Source of the DNA: Eledone cirrhosa | Taxonomy: Eukaryota | Direction: 5' to 3' | Assembly (NCBI GenBank): GCA_964016885.1 | Contig: OZ024742.1 | Location: 57,970,001-58,034,000 of the forward strand | DNA length: 64,000 bases | In this document: positions 28,775 to 42,084 of the stretch, in pieces | Numbering within the stretch: the stretch's first letter is position 1 | Layout of the letters: every line of letters starts with the position of its first letter | Translations under genes and position numbers: made by a program | Notes under the pieces: model-generated | What the model saw: only the letters and a program-made list of their open reading frames with translations | Told to the model about the DNA's origin: nothing | The model's database searches: none

Positions 28775-29530
28775 TGGTCGAGCCTTCGCGCATGTGCACT
28801 TCAGTCTAGTATTCGCGCATCCGTACTATGGTCTAGATTTCATGATTGCTCACTTCGGTCAAGCCTTTACGCATACACACCTTGATCCAGCCTTCGCGCA
28901 TGCGCAGTTCGGTCCAGCTTTGTGCATGCGCACTACAGTCCAGCCTTCATGCATGCGCACTACGGTCCAGCCTTCGTGCATGCACACTTTGGCCGAGCCT
29001 TCGCGCAGGTGCACTACGATCCAGGCTTTGTGCATGCGCACTATTGTCCAGTCTTTGTGCATACGCACTTTGGACCAGCCTTCGCACATGCAGACTTTCG
29101 TCCAGCCTACGTGCATGCGCAGTTCAGTCGAGCCTTCGCACATGTGCACTTCACACCACCTTCACGAGAGCGCAAATCAGTCCAGCCTTCGTGCATGTAC
29201 AATTGGGTCCAGCTTTCGCGCTTGTGACCTCGGCCAACTCACATATGCGCACTTGGTAGAGCCTTCGCGCATGCACACTTACGTTCAGTCTTTACGCATG
29301 CGCACTTCGGCCGAACCTTCACGCATGTGCACTTTGGTCCAGCCTTTGCGCATGCATACTTCCGTCCAGCCTTCATGCATGCGCGCTTCGGTGCAGCTTT
29401 CACGCATGCCCACTTCGGTCCAGCCTTCGTGCATGCACATTCTGTCCAGCCTTTGTGCATGTGCACTTCAGTCCAGCCTTTGTGTATGCGCACTTAGGTC
29501 AATCTTCACGCATGCGCATTTTGGTCAATT
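28775..29530. repeat. Degenerate 27-bp GC-rich minisatellite (~28 units)
   Basis: Consensus approximately gtccagccttcgcgcatgcgcacttcg. Confidence 0.9.
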
Positions 29531-29739
29531 TGTATATATTATTTGTGACTCTACCTAGAGTGACTCTCTGATCTCCAAGCTATGCACTCTATCGAGTAAC
29601 ACTACTCCAAAAACCCTTTGGAGGAACACCATTTTGGCTGCTTTTATTTGAAATCGTATTCTTTCGGTCATTACCCTATATTCATAACCATGGGTAAGGG
29701 TTGGCACTCAAACCGAATTGAATATAGCAAATTTGGATT

Positions 29740-29920
29740 TTACACCTACCTCCTTTCTTCTAATTATTGAATGCTGAACCTAGTGCAGGACTGCACAAGT
29801 TCCTACAATTCTTGCACTTAATTCAGCCTCCTACTTTCCATCATGTGTGAACACGGCCCCGAGATACTTGAACTTCTCCACCTGCTTCAGTGGAACTCCA
29901 TTTACATGTAAAGTGCATTC
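29740..29920 (-). mobile_element. Small RTE-type RT fragment (different family)
   Basis: Reverse translation CTLHVNGVPLKQVEKFKYLG. Confidence 0.6.
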
Positions 29921-30414
29921 ATTACACTATAATGTATATTTATACACACAAATACATACGTATTACTTTCCAGTCACAATGTCCTAGATTCTAATCTACA
30001 TTTGTACCTGTAAAAAGTTATTTTCCTAAGTTACTCATACATTTTTCCCTGTATGTCATCTGCCCATATATGATGAAATTTATGTAATTATATTCTAAAA
30101 ATATATTATTAAAATATCATTTTCACCTTTAATTATTTCTGTGTTAGTAATCAACATAAACTATAGGGTTTCTCTTATGCAAATAACTAATTTAGGAAAA
30201 TATGAATTTCTAAATTTGGAGATGATTCTTCCTGTATCTCTGGTCAACAATTTTTTAAAAGCTGCGTGCTTCTTAAAAGAGATTATTTAATTCTTATGTA
30301 TTTTCATGTTATTAATCCAAATATCATCTTGATAAATTGTTATTAGCTATAGGCTTAAAGATACACGACTTGTAATATTTGATTATTTTGTTATAACATA
30401 CAATATGTCATTAT

Positions 30415-30600
30415 GGGTGGATTGGCAGTATCTGTAGAGAGTCGGACGCTATGCTTTCCAGCATAGTTACGTCCCTTTACGGTCTGAGTTCAAATCCCGC
30501 CAAGGTTAACTTTGCCTTTCATCCTTACGGGGTCGATAAAATAAAGTACCAGTAATGTATTGGGTAATTGCTGGCCTTGTGCCAAAAGTAGAAACAATTA
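30415..30600 (+). mobile_element. tRNA-derived SINE with Nin/Deu-like core
   Basis: tggcagtatctgtagag (A box), gagttcaaatccc (B box), ctttcatccttacggggtcgataaaataaagtaccag core. Further copies at 33945-34100, 34430-34536, 44925-45090, 45727-45912, 47975-48225, 49405-49460. Core name is from memory of SINE superfamilies. Confidence 0.8.
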
Positions 30601-30639
30601 TGTTTTAAGCTCTAGTCCGTATCTACTCTCTGCATTTTT

Positions 30640-31790
30640 ACTTGACACTTATAGTGGGCTGAAAAATCAACTCTTGCTCATGTCCAGCAATAGTCTGCAA
30701 GCATTGTTGTCTTCCATTCACCCTGGTACTGCTTTTCCATAGTTGAAATATCTTGGTGAAACCTATCACTATGTTCGTCACTAACTGCCCCACAGTTCGC
30801 TGGAAAAAGTCTAAATGGGAGTCCAAAAAGTGGATATAAAATGACATGTTACATCCCATATTCTTGTAAGCCTTCATGAGGTTTTCCACCAATTCTTCAT
30901 AGTTTCCTTCCCTTCTGTTTCCGAGAAATCCCTTTGCTTCCCGAGCAGCTTTCTCCTCCCCGTGAAGGGCTGATTTAAAGTCACCATCTTTAAGAAGCTC
31001 TTGAATCTGAGGACCAATGACAACTCCCGCTTTTATCTTAGCATCACTTAGTGAGGAGAATTTTGATGTTAAATACTTGAATCCCTGACCGGATTTGTCT
31101 TTAGCTTTTACAAAGTCTTTCATGAGCCCCAGTTTTATGTGTATTGGTGGTAGCAACATTTTGTTTGGTTCAGTGAGATGTGGCTGTTGAACATTTTTCA
31201 TCCCAGGCTCCAATGATTGAGGAGGTGGCCAATCTCTTCTAATATAGTGAGAACCTCTTGCACGACTGTCCCATTCACGTGGAAAGCAGCAGTACTTGGT
31301 GTATCCGCCCTACAAATCCATCATAAGAGCAACAACCTTTAAGTCATCACAGAGCTGCCATTGATGTTCACCATATTTTATGCATTGTAACATATGCTTT
31401 ATATTCTCATAAGTTTCTTTCATATGTGGTGCATAGCTCACAGGAGCTGATGGTTCACTATTGCAGGTTATGCAGCAAGACACCTTTCAGACTAGCTTTT
31501 GATGAATCTATGAATAGCCTCCAGTGAGTGGGTTCATATTCACTACCAAGTGCTTCTATCAGACCATTAATATTGTTGCAGGCCAATAAATCACCTTCCA
31601 TTATGAAGAAATTGCTGAACTGCTGCTGACGGTCACTAAATTGTAAAATCTTCATATCAGCTGAGATTCCACTGAAGACAAGAATCTAGCAGCCCTGCCT
31701 TATTTTTAGATAGTTGTATATCCCTGACAAGGTCATAGAGTTCTCCTTGTGTTGTGAGGTGTGATGTAGAGGAGTCTACTTCATCAAAAT
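30640..31790 (-). pseudogene. Decayed DDE transposase, CMC-type (Chapaev3-like)
   Basis: WRLFIDSSKASLKGVLLHN, GGYTKYCCF..WDSR, LLPPIHIKLGLMKDFVKA, IHFLDSHLDFF; several frameshifts and stops. Family assignment is from motif memory. Confidence 0.65.
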
Positions 31791-32129
31791 TATATCATTC
31801 AGTCGGAAAATAAAATTAATATAAAATGCCCCACATGTATATCAATAGCTTGCTCAATTAAAATTTTTTATAAATTTAAAGTGTTTGCCTAGGAAAATCA
31901 TCTACCTTTCGCCACAAAATATAAACTTGCACAGCAGAACCACCTCCTATGACTGCTGAAACAATACTGAAGGGCAGTGGAACTGTGAGTGTAGTAAGAA
32001 ACACACTGCCGCAAACCTGTTGGAGCCTGCTGTAACACGTACATGTATGTTGAAAAGTAGAGCTAACAAACAGTTTTAATCAGGATATTCATTATCAGTG
32101 ACATAAAATTAGTTGGAAAGTGCTACTCT

Positions 32130-32710
32130 GGTCTCAGACCAGTCTGGAACCCCTATCTTGCTCAGAACATTGACTGCCTGGAAACTGTTCAGAGATGTGC
32201 AACCAAGAGAATACCCTCCATCAGGCATCTACCATACTCTGAACACCTTGCTTCCCTGGGCATGGATACATTGAAGTTCCGACGTCTAGCAACTGACTTG
32301 GTAAACACCCATAAAATTATTAACTATCTTGCCAACAACAACCCTGAGTACCTTTTTGATTTCCATGTGTCTAACACACATGGGCATGCCCACAAAGTCA
32401 GAAAACGGCACAGTTACCATGACTTTCGGAAACATTTTTTCACGCTCAGAGTTGCTGAAGCATGGAACAAACTACCTGCATCAATTATTAGCTGTCGAGA
32501 CACTGCATCCTTTAAAACCTCCATGCTTCCTGAGATTCGCCAACACTACACCTAATATTCCCCATCCATACACATGCACACATGTATATCATGACTCATA
32601 CACTATTCACTTCCCTGACATTTGTATATTATTCTATGTACTATACATGCACCTTTGACAAGTTGTAGTGCACCTGAGCACTTTACACAATAATTTCATT
32701 ATTATTATTT
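32130..32710 (+). mobile_element. 3' fragment of a CR1-type LINE
   Basis: WNPYL, LETVQRCATKRIP, TLKFRRL, RKHFFTLRVAEAWNKLP; (TTA)n tail. Confidence 0.85.
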
Positions 32711-33201
32711 TGGTTGTTGACCAGTGTATCCAGTAATCCTGGTAAATTCTACATATTAAACCTAGTCTCCAAAAATTAAATACATTCAATATTATTGCTG
32801 TCATTATTGATGGCACTGTCGGTCTGGTCACTGGAATAAAATTGCTGGTGTACAAAATCAGATCAATTTTACAGTCAAGGGAAAGTAAATCTGTAAACAT
32901 ACAGAACAACCCCAAGACCAAACATGGGCGCTCTACCAGGTAAATATATCTCGAAAAAAAAAAATTAATTAATAAAACACGACTTTGAAACATCAATTTA
33001 TTCGCCATAATTATATTCACAATTTTATAATAAAATATTCATAATGAAATAAACTCTATGTTACATGAGGGCACACGTAAATATGACATAAAACCTATTA
33101 CAAATAACATCAAATCTCCATCATACAACACAGATTTATAAAATTATGGGCACACCAGTGAAATAATTTTTTTCTGGTGTCTTAGGCAACGAAATCTCCC
33201 T

Positions 33202-33258
33202 CAAATCATATATACATTTAAAATCATATATACATTTAAAATCATATATACATTTAAT
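33202..33258. repeat. 18-bp tandem repeat x3
   Basis: Unit aaatcatatatacattta. Confidence 0.9.
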
Positions 33259-34145
33259 CTTCAAACCAGCCAAAACCGGCCAGAATTCTCTATCTCTTTC
33301 TGTTGAAACTGGTTGTAACTGGCCACTCATACTGATGTTAAGGTATTGTTCTCAAAATAAATACTTTTAAAATCTCATAGATTCGATATTATGTGAGATA
33401 TTTATGCGAGGTAAAGCCTTTACCATGAAAATATAATAGTATATATAAAATAATGTGAATGCTAAAGGGTTAATGTGTCAGAAAATGAGAGGAATAGCAT
33501 AGAAATATACCGTTAATCACATATTTTAGTCGTGGTCAAATCTACTTTAAGTTTATATATTAATTTCCAGTCCTGTAATCTACACACTTTAATAAGTATC
33601 TCTATAAAATTGCAATAAAAAATATGAATTATTATGAAAGTTATGAACAAAATTAGTGACGTTACTATCTTAGAAAAGTCAGGTAAATATCACGGTCAAA
33701 GGGAGGTAAATATGAAACTTTCGTTACTGCTTGTTGACATATAAATGGTTAACAGAAATGCTAAAAACGGCAGCCATTCATTGAACCTTATATAAAAGAA
33801 AATGATAAACACAACAGCCAAATCTCCTTCACATCATACATCGTATTATATTTTTGAATGATAGAAAGAGAACCCAAATATCTTTTTAATTTATTTTAAT
33901 GATGAACAAAGAAAAATATATTTCAGTTTACTTTCAAAAAAAGGTATGGTGGATTGGCAGTGTCGGTAGAGCGTCGGACACCTTGTTTTACGGCTCTTTA
34001 CATTCTGAGTTCAAATCTCATCCTTACGAGGTCGATAAAGTAAAGAACCAGTAATGCATTGGAGTCGATTCAATCGACATTCCCCTCCCCCCCACAAATT
34101 ACTTATATATGTGTGTGTGTATATATATATATGTATATACACATG

Positions 34146-34220
34146 TACAGGGTGCCCAAAAGATTTATACTCACTTTGATTAGAGTTCTGTTGAAGTGTG
34201 TATATATTTTTGAGGGGACA

Positions 34221-34226
<6 letters not shown>
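34146..34226. mobile_element. Tiny Tc1/mariner-type MITE
   Basis: TA-cagggtgcccaaaag...tttgaggggacactcta-TA imperfect TIRs, with internal tatactcactt / aagtgtgtata symmetry. Confidence 0.5.
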
Positions 34227-34265
<39 letters not shown>

Positions 34266-34949
34266 GGTCAAGAAAATGACAAAACACAGATACAAAATGT
34301 CTTATAAGTTTCACACTTTATACGGAAAGAGGGATAAAAAGTTTGACATTGTATGAGCAAGACATGGTCACCTTACCTATATCGAGGGTAGTTGCTAACG
34401 ATGGAATGTTGGGTTATTAATTAATATAGCCTGAGTTCAAATCCCGCTTTGTCTTTCATCCTTACGGGGTCGATAAAATAAAGTACCAGTAATGCACTGG
34501 GTAATTGCTGGCCTTGTGCCTAACGTAGAAACAATTAATTAATCAATTCCTTTTTAATTATTGTCTGATATCAGTAAAAGATGAGCATTGTATCTATAAA
34601 TACGTTATGACTGTTTTCTCAACAGTGGATATTTGTATATATTTTGTTGATGTTTGACATTGTTTTTTAGTTACGATATAGCTTAAAAGCTACTTTATAG
34701 GATCACAGAGCATTAGCACACTGCTCTTTAAATTAACTTTATCTCCACAGAACTTCGTAAAGTCTAAAAGATAGGCAACATATATGTTTTACATTCTTTG
34801 TTTTTTGTATTTAGATGGAAGAGAAGAAGAAAACAAAGGCACATAAGAAGACAAAGACACAGAAGAAGACAAAAAAGATGAACAAGAAGGTCAATTATTA
34901 TTACTACTATTATTGTTATTATTATTTGTATTATCATAATCAAAATAAG

Positions 34950-35172
34950 CCACACTACACAATACCATACCATACCACACCACACCACACTACGAAACAT
35001 ACTATACCACACTATATAATACCACACCACACTGCAAAACATTATACTATGCCACATTATACAACACCACATCACACTATACAACACCACAACCCACCGC
35101 GCTATGAAACAATATACCATACTACAGCAATATATGACACCACATTATGAAACAGTATGCTATACTACACAC
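34950..35172. repeat. Degenerate pentamer (CACAC/TACCA) low-complexity tract
   Basis: Direct reading. Confidence 0.8.
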
Positions 35173-35231
35173 AACTTAAGTTAGAGATAATCAACTTTTT
35201 TCCTGGAAAACAGAAAACCTAACTGTAAATC

Positions 35232-35737
35232 AGAATTGGTGCTCTGAAATAGCGATATATATATATGAATGTTTGCTGAAAAAAGAAGTAAGTGACATAG
35301 TCACTACTTTAAAACAATAGCGTAAGGTCTTCAAAATGCTTTTAATTAAGCATACAATGTATTGCAAAATACACTATATATACATTCATGTATATATCGC
35401 TATTTCAGAGCACCAATTCTAATTTCCAATTGTTGCTGGACCGGCAACCGCTCTGTATAATCAGTTCCTGATTATTACTGGAATTCTATAAGAATCCAAC
35501 ACACATAATTTTCAGCAGGCAAAGTGAGTGCTAAGCTTTGAGGAGTACCAACAGTACAAAACAGAGATCTGTCAGCTTATCTCCCTTTGTTTGCTGAAAA
35601 AAGAAGTGACATAGTCACTACTTTAAAACAATAGCGTAAGGTCTTCAAAATGCTTTTAATTAAGCATACAGTGTACTGCAAAACACACTATATATACATT
35701 CATATATATATCGCTATTTCAGAGCACCAATTCTAAT
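35232..35737 (+). mobile_element. Family B HHR repeat: ~40-bp inverted 5' piece plus ~1.5 tandem units of ~315 bp
   Basis: gtttgctgaaaaaagaag at 35271 and 35589 (period 318, including a 4-bp insertion); 35232-35271 is the reverse complement of the unit 3' end. Confidence 0.85.
35532..35579 (+). ncRNA. Family B HHR, core-mutated copy
   Basis: taagct TTGAGGA gtac caaca gtac AAAA cagagatctg TC agctta: perfect stems but C3U and G12A, so probably inactive. Confidence 0.75.
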
Positions 35738-36059
35738 ATATACATACATATTTGTGTATGTGTGTGTGTAAAGAGGTTAGATTCTTTCAAAGAAAAATAA
35801 CATACTTGAGAAGTGTAGTCAGGAAGTAATTAGATAGGAATATAAAAGTAGAGTAAAAAATATATGGAATCTTACAATTTAATAGTTTGTCTTATGGAAC
35901 CATGTAGGTGGAAGTGTGTGTTTTTGTGTAAACATTTATAACCACACACACACACATATATATATCCCCATTATCATCGATTATATATATCATCATTATC
36001 ATCAATTAATATCTATCTTCCACACTAGCATGGATGTATGGATGCATATATATAAATAT

Positions 36060-36247
36060 ACAGTGTAAATAATAATCAAAGAGTATTTAATCTTTCAAAC
36101 ATTTAATAACTAACAACCGTTTCATCCTAGCACAAGGCAGGAATCTTGTAATAACTCTGAAGATTCCTGCCTTGTGCTAGGACGAAATGGTTCTTAATTA
36201 TTAAATGTTTGAAAGATTAAATACTCTTTGATTATTATTTACACTGT
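36060..36247. repeat. ~190-bp foldback palindrome with a degenerate HHR at its centre (36150-36202, +)
   Basis: Arms are reverse complements. aataact CTGAAGA ttcct...agga c GAAA; the mirror arm preserves gaaac ggtt gtt agttatt, which completes stems III and I. Confidence 0.85.
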
Positions 36248-36969
36248 TTTTCGACTCTGTATTATACTTGATATATTACATCGAGCTATATTCATACTTG
36301 TAACTAGGTAGTATTTGATATTAATCACCATATATATATATTTATACTTATATATAGATATATAAATATATGCTAATTTTAGGTTTAATCAGTACATATA
36401 AAATACATATCAATGTTTCTCGGTACAAAGCTCCATGAAATTTCAGTTCAGAGCATCAATCATGAGTTTAAACAATATATAACAGGATATATCAATTGAG
36501 AAACAGCTAGTATATATATGAAAAAGTATATATGTTTCAGAGTAAATATGAATACATATAAAAATATATACATATATGTATAAATATATATGCATACTCA
36601 TATATACATATATTTAAATATATGTATATACATATATATAAACGTGTGTGTGTATTTATGTATGTTTTAGTTAAACCATGTCTGCATGTAAATGTATAAA
36701 TTCCATATGTATGCATATAAAAGTATATATGTATGTGTATATTTGAGTTCAAATATGTCTGCATATAACAGTATATATCTGTATGTGTATGCATGAATGA
36801 AACTTTCAAAAGTAACATTAAATATCATTCAATTAGAAAGCTACTTCATGGAGAAGTAGACTTACATATAATGTATGAAGTGACTAATTGGCAACTTCCT
36901 ATCTACCTAGGTCAAAGTGCAGCAGCATATGTGGTGGAACCAGTGTGATCCGATTTGCCAATCTGTCAA

Positions 36970-38078
36970 CACATGGCAAGATGCAGGGAAACATGGAATA
37001 GTGTTATGCCATAAAATTTTGTGTTAAACTTAAGAAAACTAAACAATACTCTTATGGCATGTTAGAGGAAGCCTATGGGGTTGAAGTGATGAATAAAGCA
37101 AGTTTCTACAGATGGTTTAAACAATTTTCTGAAGGAAATGAACTAGTTGAGGATTAATGAAGATTTGGAGCACTGAACACCATACTAAAAGAGGAAAACA
37201 TTTAGGAAGTGTGATGGTTAATGATATTCAACCATTGGGCTACTGTGAGGATGATATCTGAAGCTGTTGGTATTAGTATTGTCACAGTGGAGACAATTCT
37301 GACCAAAGATCTGGAGCTCCACAATGTCTGTGCCAAAGACCCTCTCTGACACCAGAGGCAGTTTCGTATGGAATGTTGCACTGACATACTCGATATGATT
37401 GAGAGTGATTCTTGTTTCCTGAATATAGTAGTGACTTGCGACGAGAGTTGGGTATTCACCTATGACTCTGAGAGCAAATATCAGAGTGAGTGTCCATTGG
37501 AAGTATGTGTCCACCCCCAGACCCAAGAAGGCAAAGAGAAAGTCATAAGAGAATGCCATGGTCAGTTCTTTCTTCAACTCCCAGGGGCTAATTCCTGTTG
37601 AATGGATTTCGTAGGGCCAAACTGTCAATAAGGAGTATTACCCTGAAGTTCTGAAAAAGTTGAGGGGTAGGATGGGGGAGAAGGCACAGCAGTGGAAAGT
37701 GGTGGTTCCACCAGGAGTAAGCTTTATGCCATGAGTCAATGCTTGAGACGATCTGGAATGAAAGTGGTATAACACAGAGGAATGAAAGTGGTGTGACACC
37801 CATCCTACAGTCCCAACCTGGCTCCTTGTGGTTTCTTCCTGTTCCCATGCATGAAAGACAGCCTCAGGGGGATCAGACTTGTGTCATCACAGGAGGTGAA
37901 GGAGGCATCGGTGAATTTCCTGATGGGACTGCAGAAGAAAGACTGGGAGGAGGGGTGGGAAGACACATGTGAAAGTGTGTAGATATGAGAGGTAGGTCAT
38001 TGTGTCAAAGTTTTGTAAGCTTATGAAAATACATAATGTCTTCCCTGAAATTTTTTTCATTCTTATTGAACATACATC

Positions 38079-38082
<4 letters not shown>
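36970..38082 (+). pseudogene. Decayed mariner transposase / element
   Basis: YAIKFCVKL, YRWFKQFSEG (HTH), IVVTCDESWVFTYD (first D), PSYSPNLAPCGFFLFP (YSPDLAP motif); TIR-like ttattgaacatacatcata at the right end. Confidence 0.85.
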
Positions 38083-38162
<80 letters not shown>

Positions 38163-38206
38163 AAATGTGGAGAGGAAGCACACGAGTTAGGATATATATA
38201 TATAAA

Positions 38207-38790
38207 TGAATTGAGAGGGAGACTGAGCATAAGATGAATCAAATGCTGTGTGCAGGAGAGGCGGTTGCGTTGGTATGGACATGTGATGCGTATGAAGGAT
38301 GACAGCTGCATAAAAAGGTGCAGAGCACTAGAAGTTGATGGAAACCGCGGAGTGGGGCGACCCAAGATGACCTGGGATGAGGTGATAAAAGCCGACCTTA
38401 CCGAATTACACCTCTCAAAGGCGATGACACACGACCGTGACCTCTGGCGTCACGCAGTAATACAGAGTACCCGACCTCCCATGGGTACAAGCTGAAGCAT
38501 ATAGACAATATGCCCCCACTGCAAGGTGGTCGTGGAGGTGCCACGGCAAAAAGGCACCCAGTCCACAATGTAAAGTGGACGTGTAGGCGCCACAGAAAAA
38601 AAGCACCCAGCACTCACTGTAAATGAGGTTGGTGTTAGGAAGGCCATCCAGCTGTAGAAATCAAGCCAAATCAGTTCCTGAATGAGCAAGGCATGGTCAG
38701 CCGACCAGACACTGCCCACAACAGGACAACCCGTCTAACCCATGCTAGCGTGGAAGAACGGACGCAAAACGGTGATGATGATGATGATGA
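38207..38790 (+). mobile_element. 3' fragment of a related RTE subfamily
   Basis: [13 protein letters not shown]...GRPKMTW; 3'UTR module; (GAT)n tail. Confidence 0.88.
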
Positions 38791-39112
38791 AAATAGGGAG
38801 AAAGAGACGATTATTAGGAAGAAAAAATTTTTTTTTTCCTTTTTTTATTTCCCTCTCTCTCTCTTTTCTGGGTTAGAAAATGATTAAAACAAAATGTTTT
38901 ACTTTGTGTGAAGTGTTAAGGTATTAGTTGATTTATTTATTATTTAACAATGGCATTTATTTATCTATTTATATATTTAATAATTGTCTATTACCGGTTT
39001 CAGCATTTTTATGCATTATCAAATGATAGTGAAATGTATTAATGTGGTGTCACACATGTTAAAGAGAAGGTGCAGAAAGAATAATGTTATTTACAAACAA
39101 GGTTTATGAAGT

Positions 39113-39226
39113 GAAAAGAAAAAAGAAAAAAGAAAAAAGAAAAAAGAAAAAAGAAAAAAGAAAAAAAAGAAAAAAGAAAAAAGAAAAAAGAAAAAAGAAA
39201 AAAGAAAAAAGAAAAAAGAAAAAAAA
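39113..39226. repeat. (AAAAAG)n expansion inside the inverted pLTR arm
   Basis: Much longer than the corresponding T-rich tract at 40860-40880. Confidence 0.9.
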
Positions 39227-40964
39227 CGGGCGTAATGTAGAGCATAAAAAGTCAATGTGAAAGAAAAAATAATGTTATTTACAGGCATAGTTCTTGAAGT
39301 TAAGCAGATCAAAATGTGTTAATATAACAAGAGTGCTTAGTTGATCCATGATTCCATGATGGAGGCAAATGGTGGGCTTGATATGATTTCACTTTTTAGA
39401 GAGTTAATATGCAGGGGGAAGCGATTCTTGCTGGATGATATTTAATTTATTTAAGAAAAAGGATTAGGTAGGGTGTGAGGGAGGTAACTCTTGTAAATGT
39501 TTGATTGTTTGTTGCAGTTTTAGTTTGGTCCGATTTTTAGTGCATTAAGTAGAGGTTGGAATTTGTTAATGAAATATGTTTCCTTATTGAAAAGTTGGAT
39601 GAAAGTAGCGTTGTCTATGAATTTGTAATTGATGACCTTAAATTAAGACCCATAGTAGCAGGCACCACATGTGAAACCCACCGCCTAAGCAACTTCCTAG
39701 ATATTCTGCTTAAACCTTTCCTAAAACACATAAAAAGCTTCATAAGGGACGATCTTGACATGCTCAACCACCTTCCAACAACACTCAACAATGAACATAC
39801 CCTACTAGTTATCTTTGATGTCATCAATTTATATTCCAATATCCCACACAACCTAGGTATAGAGGCAATACAATTCTGGATGGAAAATTTCCCTAGTGAA
39901 CTCCCACAGCGCATCCCAAAAGAATTTGTGTTGGAGGGACTCAAATTCATCTTGGAAAACAATTTCTTTGAATTCAATGCCAAATACTACAGACAGAAAT
40001 CTGGGACTGCAAAATCCTCCAAACACACATCATAAAGAGCAAAAGACAACCTAAATCCATAAAAAACATCCTCACACAAGCCAAAATCCAACAAACCCTC
40101 ACAATGAACCCTACAGTAACAAAATGTGGAAGTCCCAACTGTGGCATATACATAAATCTAACAGAAGGTTCAACATTCCATTTTAAACAAGGACATTTCA
40201 CAGTTAAACACAACTTTACACGTGCATCTGAAAACCTAATCTACGTTTTGACCTGCTCAGGTTGTCAAGAACACTACATAGGACAGACAAAAAAACAGCC
40301 TCCGTCAACGTATGACCGTTCATAAATCACAAATTAAAATACAGGAATACAGAAAGATTGCATTTAGTGAACATATCGCCAATTGTGCACACAACTAACA
40401 TCCAAACTTTAAAATTTTCCCCATTTCCAAATTCATAGGCAACGCTAACTTTCATCCAACGTACCAATAAGGAAACATATTTCATTAACAAATTCCAACC
40501 TCTACTTAATGCACTAAAAATCGGACCAAACTAAAACTGCAACAAACAATCAAACATTTACAAGAGTTACCTCCCTCACACCCTACCTAATCCTTTTTCT
40601 TAAATAAATTAAATATCATCCAGCAAGAATTGCTTCCCCCTGCATATTAACTCTCTAAAAAGGGAAATCATATCAAACCTCCATCATATCAAATCATTTC
40701 ATATCAAATCAAATCATTTGCCTCCATCATGGAATCATGGATCAACTAAGCACTATTGCTATATTAACACATTTTGATCTGCTTAACTTCAAGAACTATG
40801 CCTGTAAATAACATTATTTTTTTCTATCACATTGACTTTTTATGCTCTTTATTACGCCCGTTTTTTTCTTTTTTTCTTTTCACTTCATAAACCTTGTTTG
40901 TAAATAACATTATTCTTTCTGCACCTTCTTTTTAACATGTGCGACACCACACTAATACATTTCA

Positions 40965-41006
40965 CTATCATTTGATAATGCATAAAAATGCTGAAACCGG
41001 TAATAG
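40965..41006 (+). ncRNA. Minimal type I HHR (U3-A8 core) in the Neptune-like pLTR; mirror copy at 38988-39029 (-)
   Basis: ctatcat TTGATAA t gcat aaaa atgc t GAAA CCGG TA atag; palindromic stem III ACCGGU; GUA triplet; stem I is short and bulged. Confidence 0.7.
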
Positions 41007-41251
41007 ACAATTATTAAATATATAAATAGATAAATAAATGCCATTGTTAAATAATAAATAAATCAACTAATACCTTAACACTTCACACAAAGTAAAACAT
41101 TTTGTTTTAATCATTTTCTAACCCAGAAAAAAGGGAGAGAGAAATAAAAAAGGAAAAAAAAATATTTTTCTTCCTAATAATCGTCTCTTTCTCCCTGTGT
41201 TCATATATATATATATATATATGTCTGTGTATATATATATATATATATATA

Positions 41252-41303
<52 letters not shown>

Positions 41304-41312
41304 CATATATAC

Positions 41313-41645
41313 ACCATCATCATCATCATTTTTACGTCCGCTTTTCCCTGCTTGCAAGGGTGGGACGGGAACTGATTCTGGCTTGATTTCTACAGCTGGG
41401 TGCCCTTCCTAACACCAACCTCATTTACTGTGAGTGCTGGGTGCTTTTTAGCCATGGCACCTCCATGACCACTTTGCAGTGGAATGATAGGGACCCCAGT
41501 CCCTATCATCTCATTTCTACTGTGAGTAAACTGGAGCAATGTGAAATAAAGTGTCTTGCTCAAGGAAACAACACATCACACAGTCTGGGAATTGAACTCA
41601 CAAACTTTCGATTGCAAGCCCAATGCTCTAACCATTAAGCCATGT
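41313..41645 (-). mobile_element. tRNA-headed SINE with RTE-like tail
   Basis: Same family as 8623-8965. Confidence 0.85.
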
Positions 41646-41674
41646 ATCTTCACCTATATATATATTTATTTATT

Positions 41675-41839
41675 TATTTATTAAAATAACAGATTAAAGT
41701 TTAAGCAAAGAATCGCTGCTTAAACTTTAATCTGTTATTTTAATAAATATTTGCTCTAAGGTTTTTATATATAACTTTATATATATATATTATCCTTATC
41801 GAGTCCTCTTCGGATTTTCGTCTTCACATTTATTATTAT

Positions 41840-41845
<6 letters not shown>
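41675..41845 (+). repeat. ~75-bp foldback plus terminal-repeat fragment (family of 4548-4832 and 5756-5862)
   Basis: ttattaaaataacagattaaagtttaagca / tgcttaaactttaatctgttattttaataa. Confidence 0.75.
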
Positions 41846-41912
<67 letters not shown>

Positions 41913-42084
41913 TGGTATGCACCATCTTCACCTTTATTCTCCTCCATACATTTCCCACGTCCTAACACTCCACCCCTCAAGTATTCTACTGAACAATGGT
42001 CTTACTAGTTTAAAACTGGTATAATCCTGATATATCTATATCTATCTATCCATCTATATACATATATACATATATATATACAGT

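Larger units (their letters stand above)
38795..41196 (+). mobile_element. Penelope-like element (Neptune-like): ~700-bp inverted terminal repeats around an internally deleted RT-GIY-YIG ORF
   Basis: 38795-39555 is the reverse complement of 40500-41196. LRPIVAG, FIRD, FDVINLYSNIP, ILENNFFEF..YYRQKSGTA, then KCGSPNC, NLIYVLTC..C..HYIGQT. Confidence 0.9.

Noticed and set aside
28464-29558. 364-aa repetitive ORF
   Set aside because: Read-through of 36-bp and 27-bp minisatellites, open in several frames on both strands; variation looks like CpG decay rather than codon constraint.
32840-33330. Possible minus-strand exons (SGQLQPVSTERDREFWPVLAGLK...; IYLPGRAPMFGLGVVLYVYRFTFP)
   Set aside because: Looks non-repetitive, but I recognise no homolog, splice sites are unconvincing, and an 18-bp tandem repeat and stops interrupt it. 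BLASTX would settle it.
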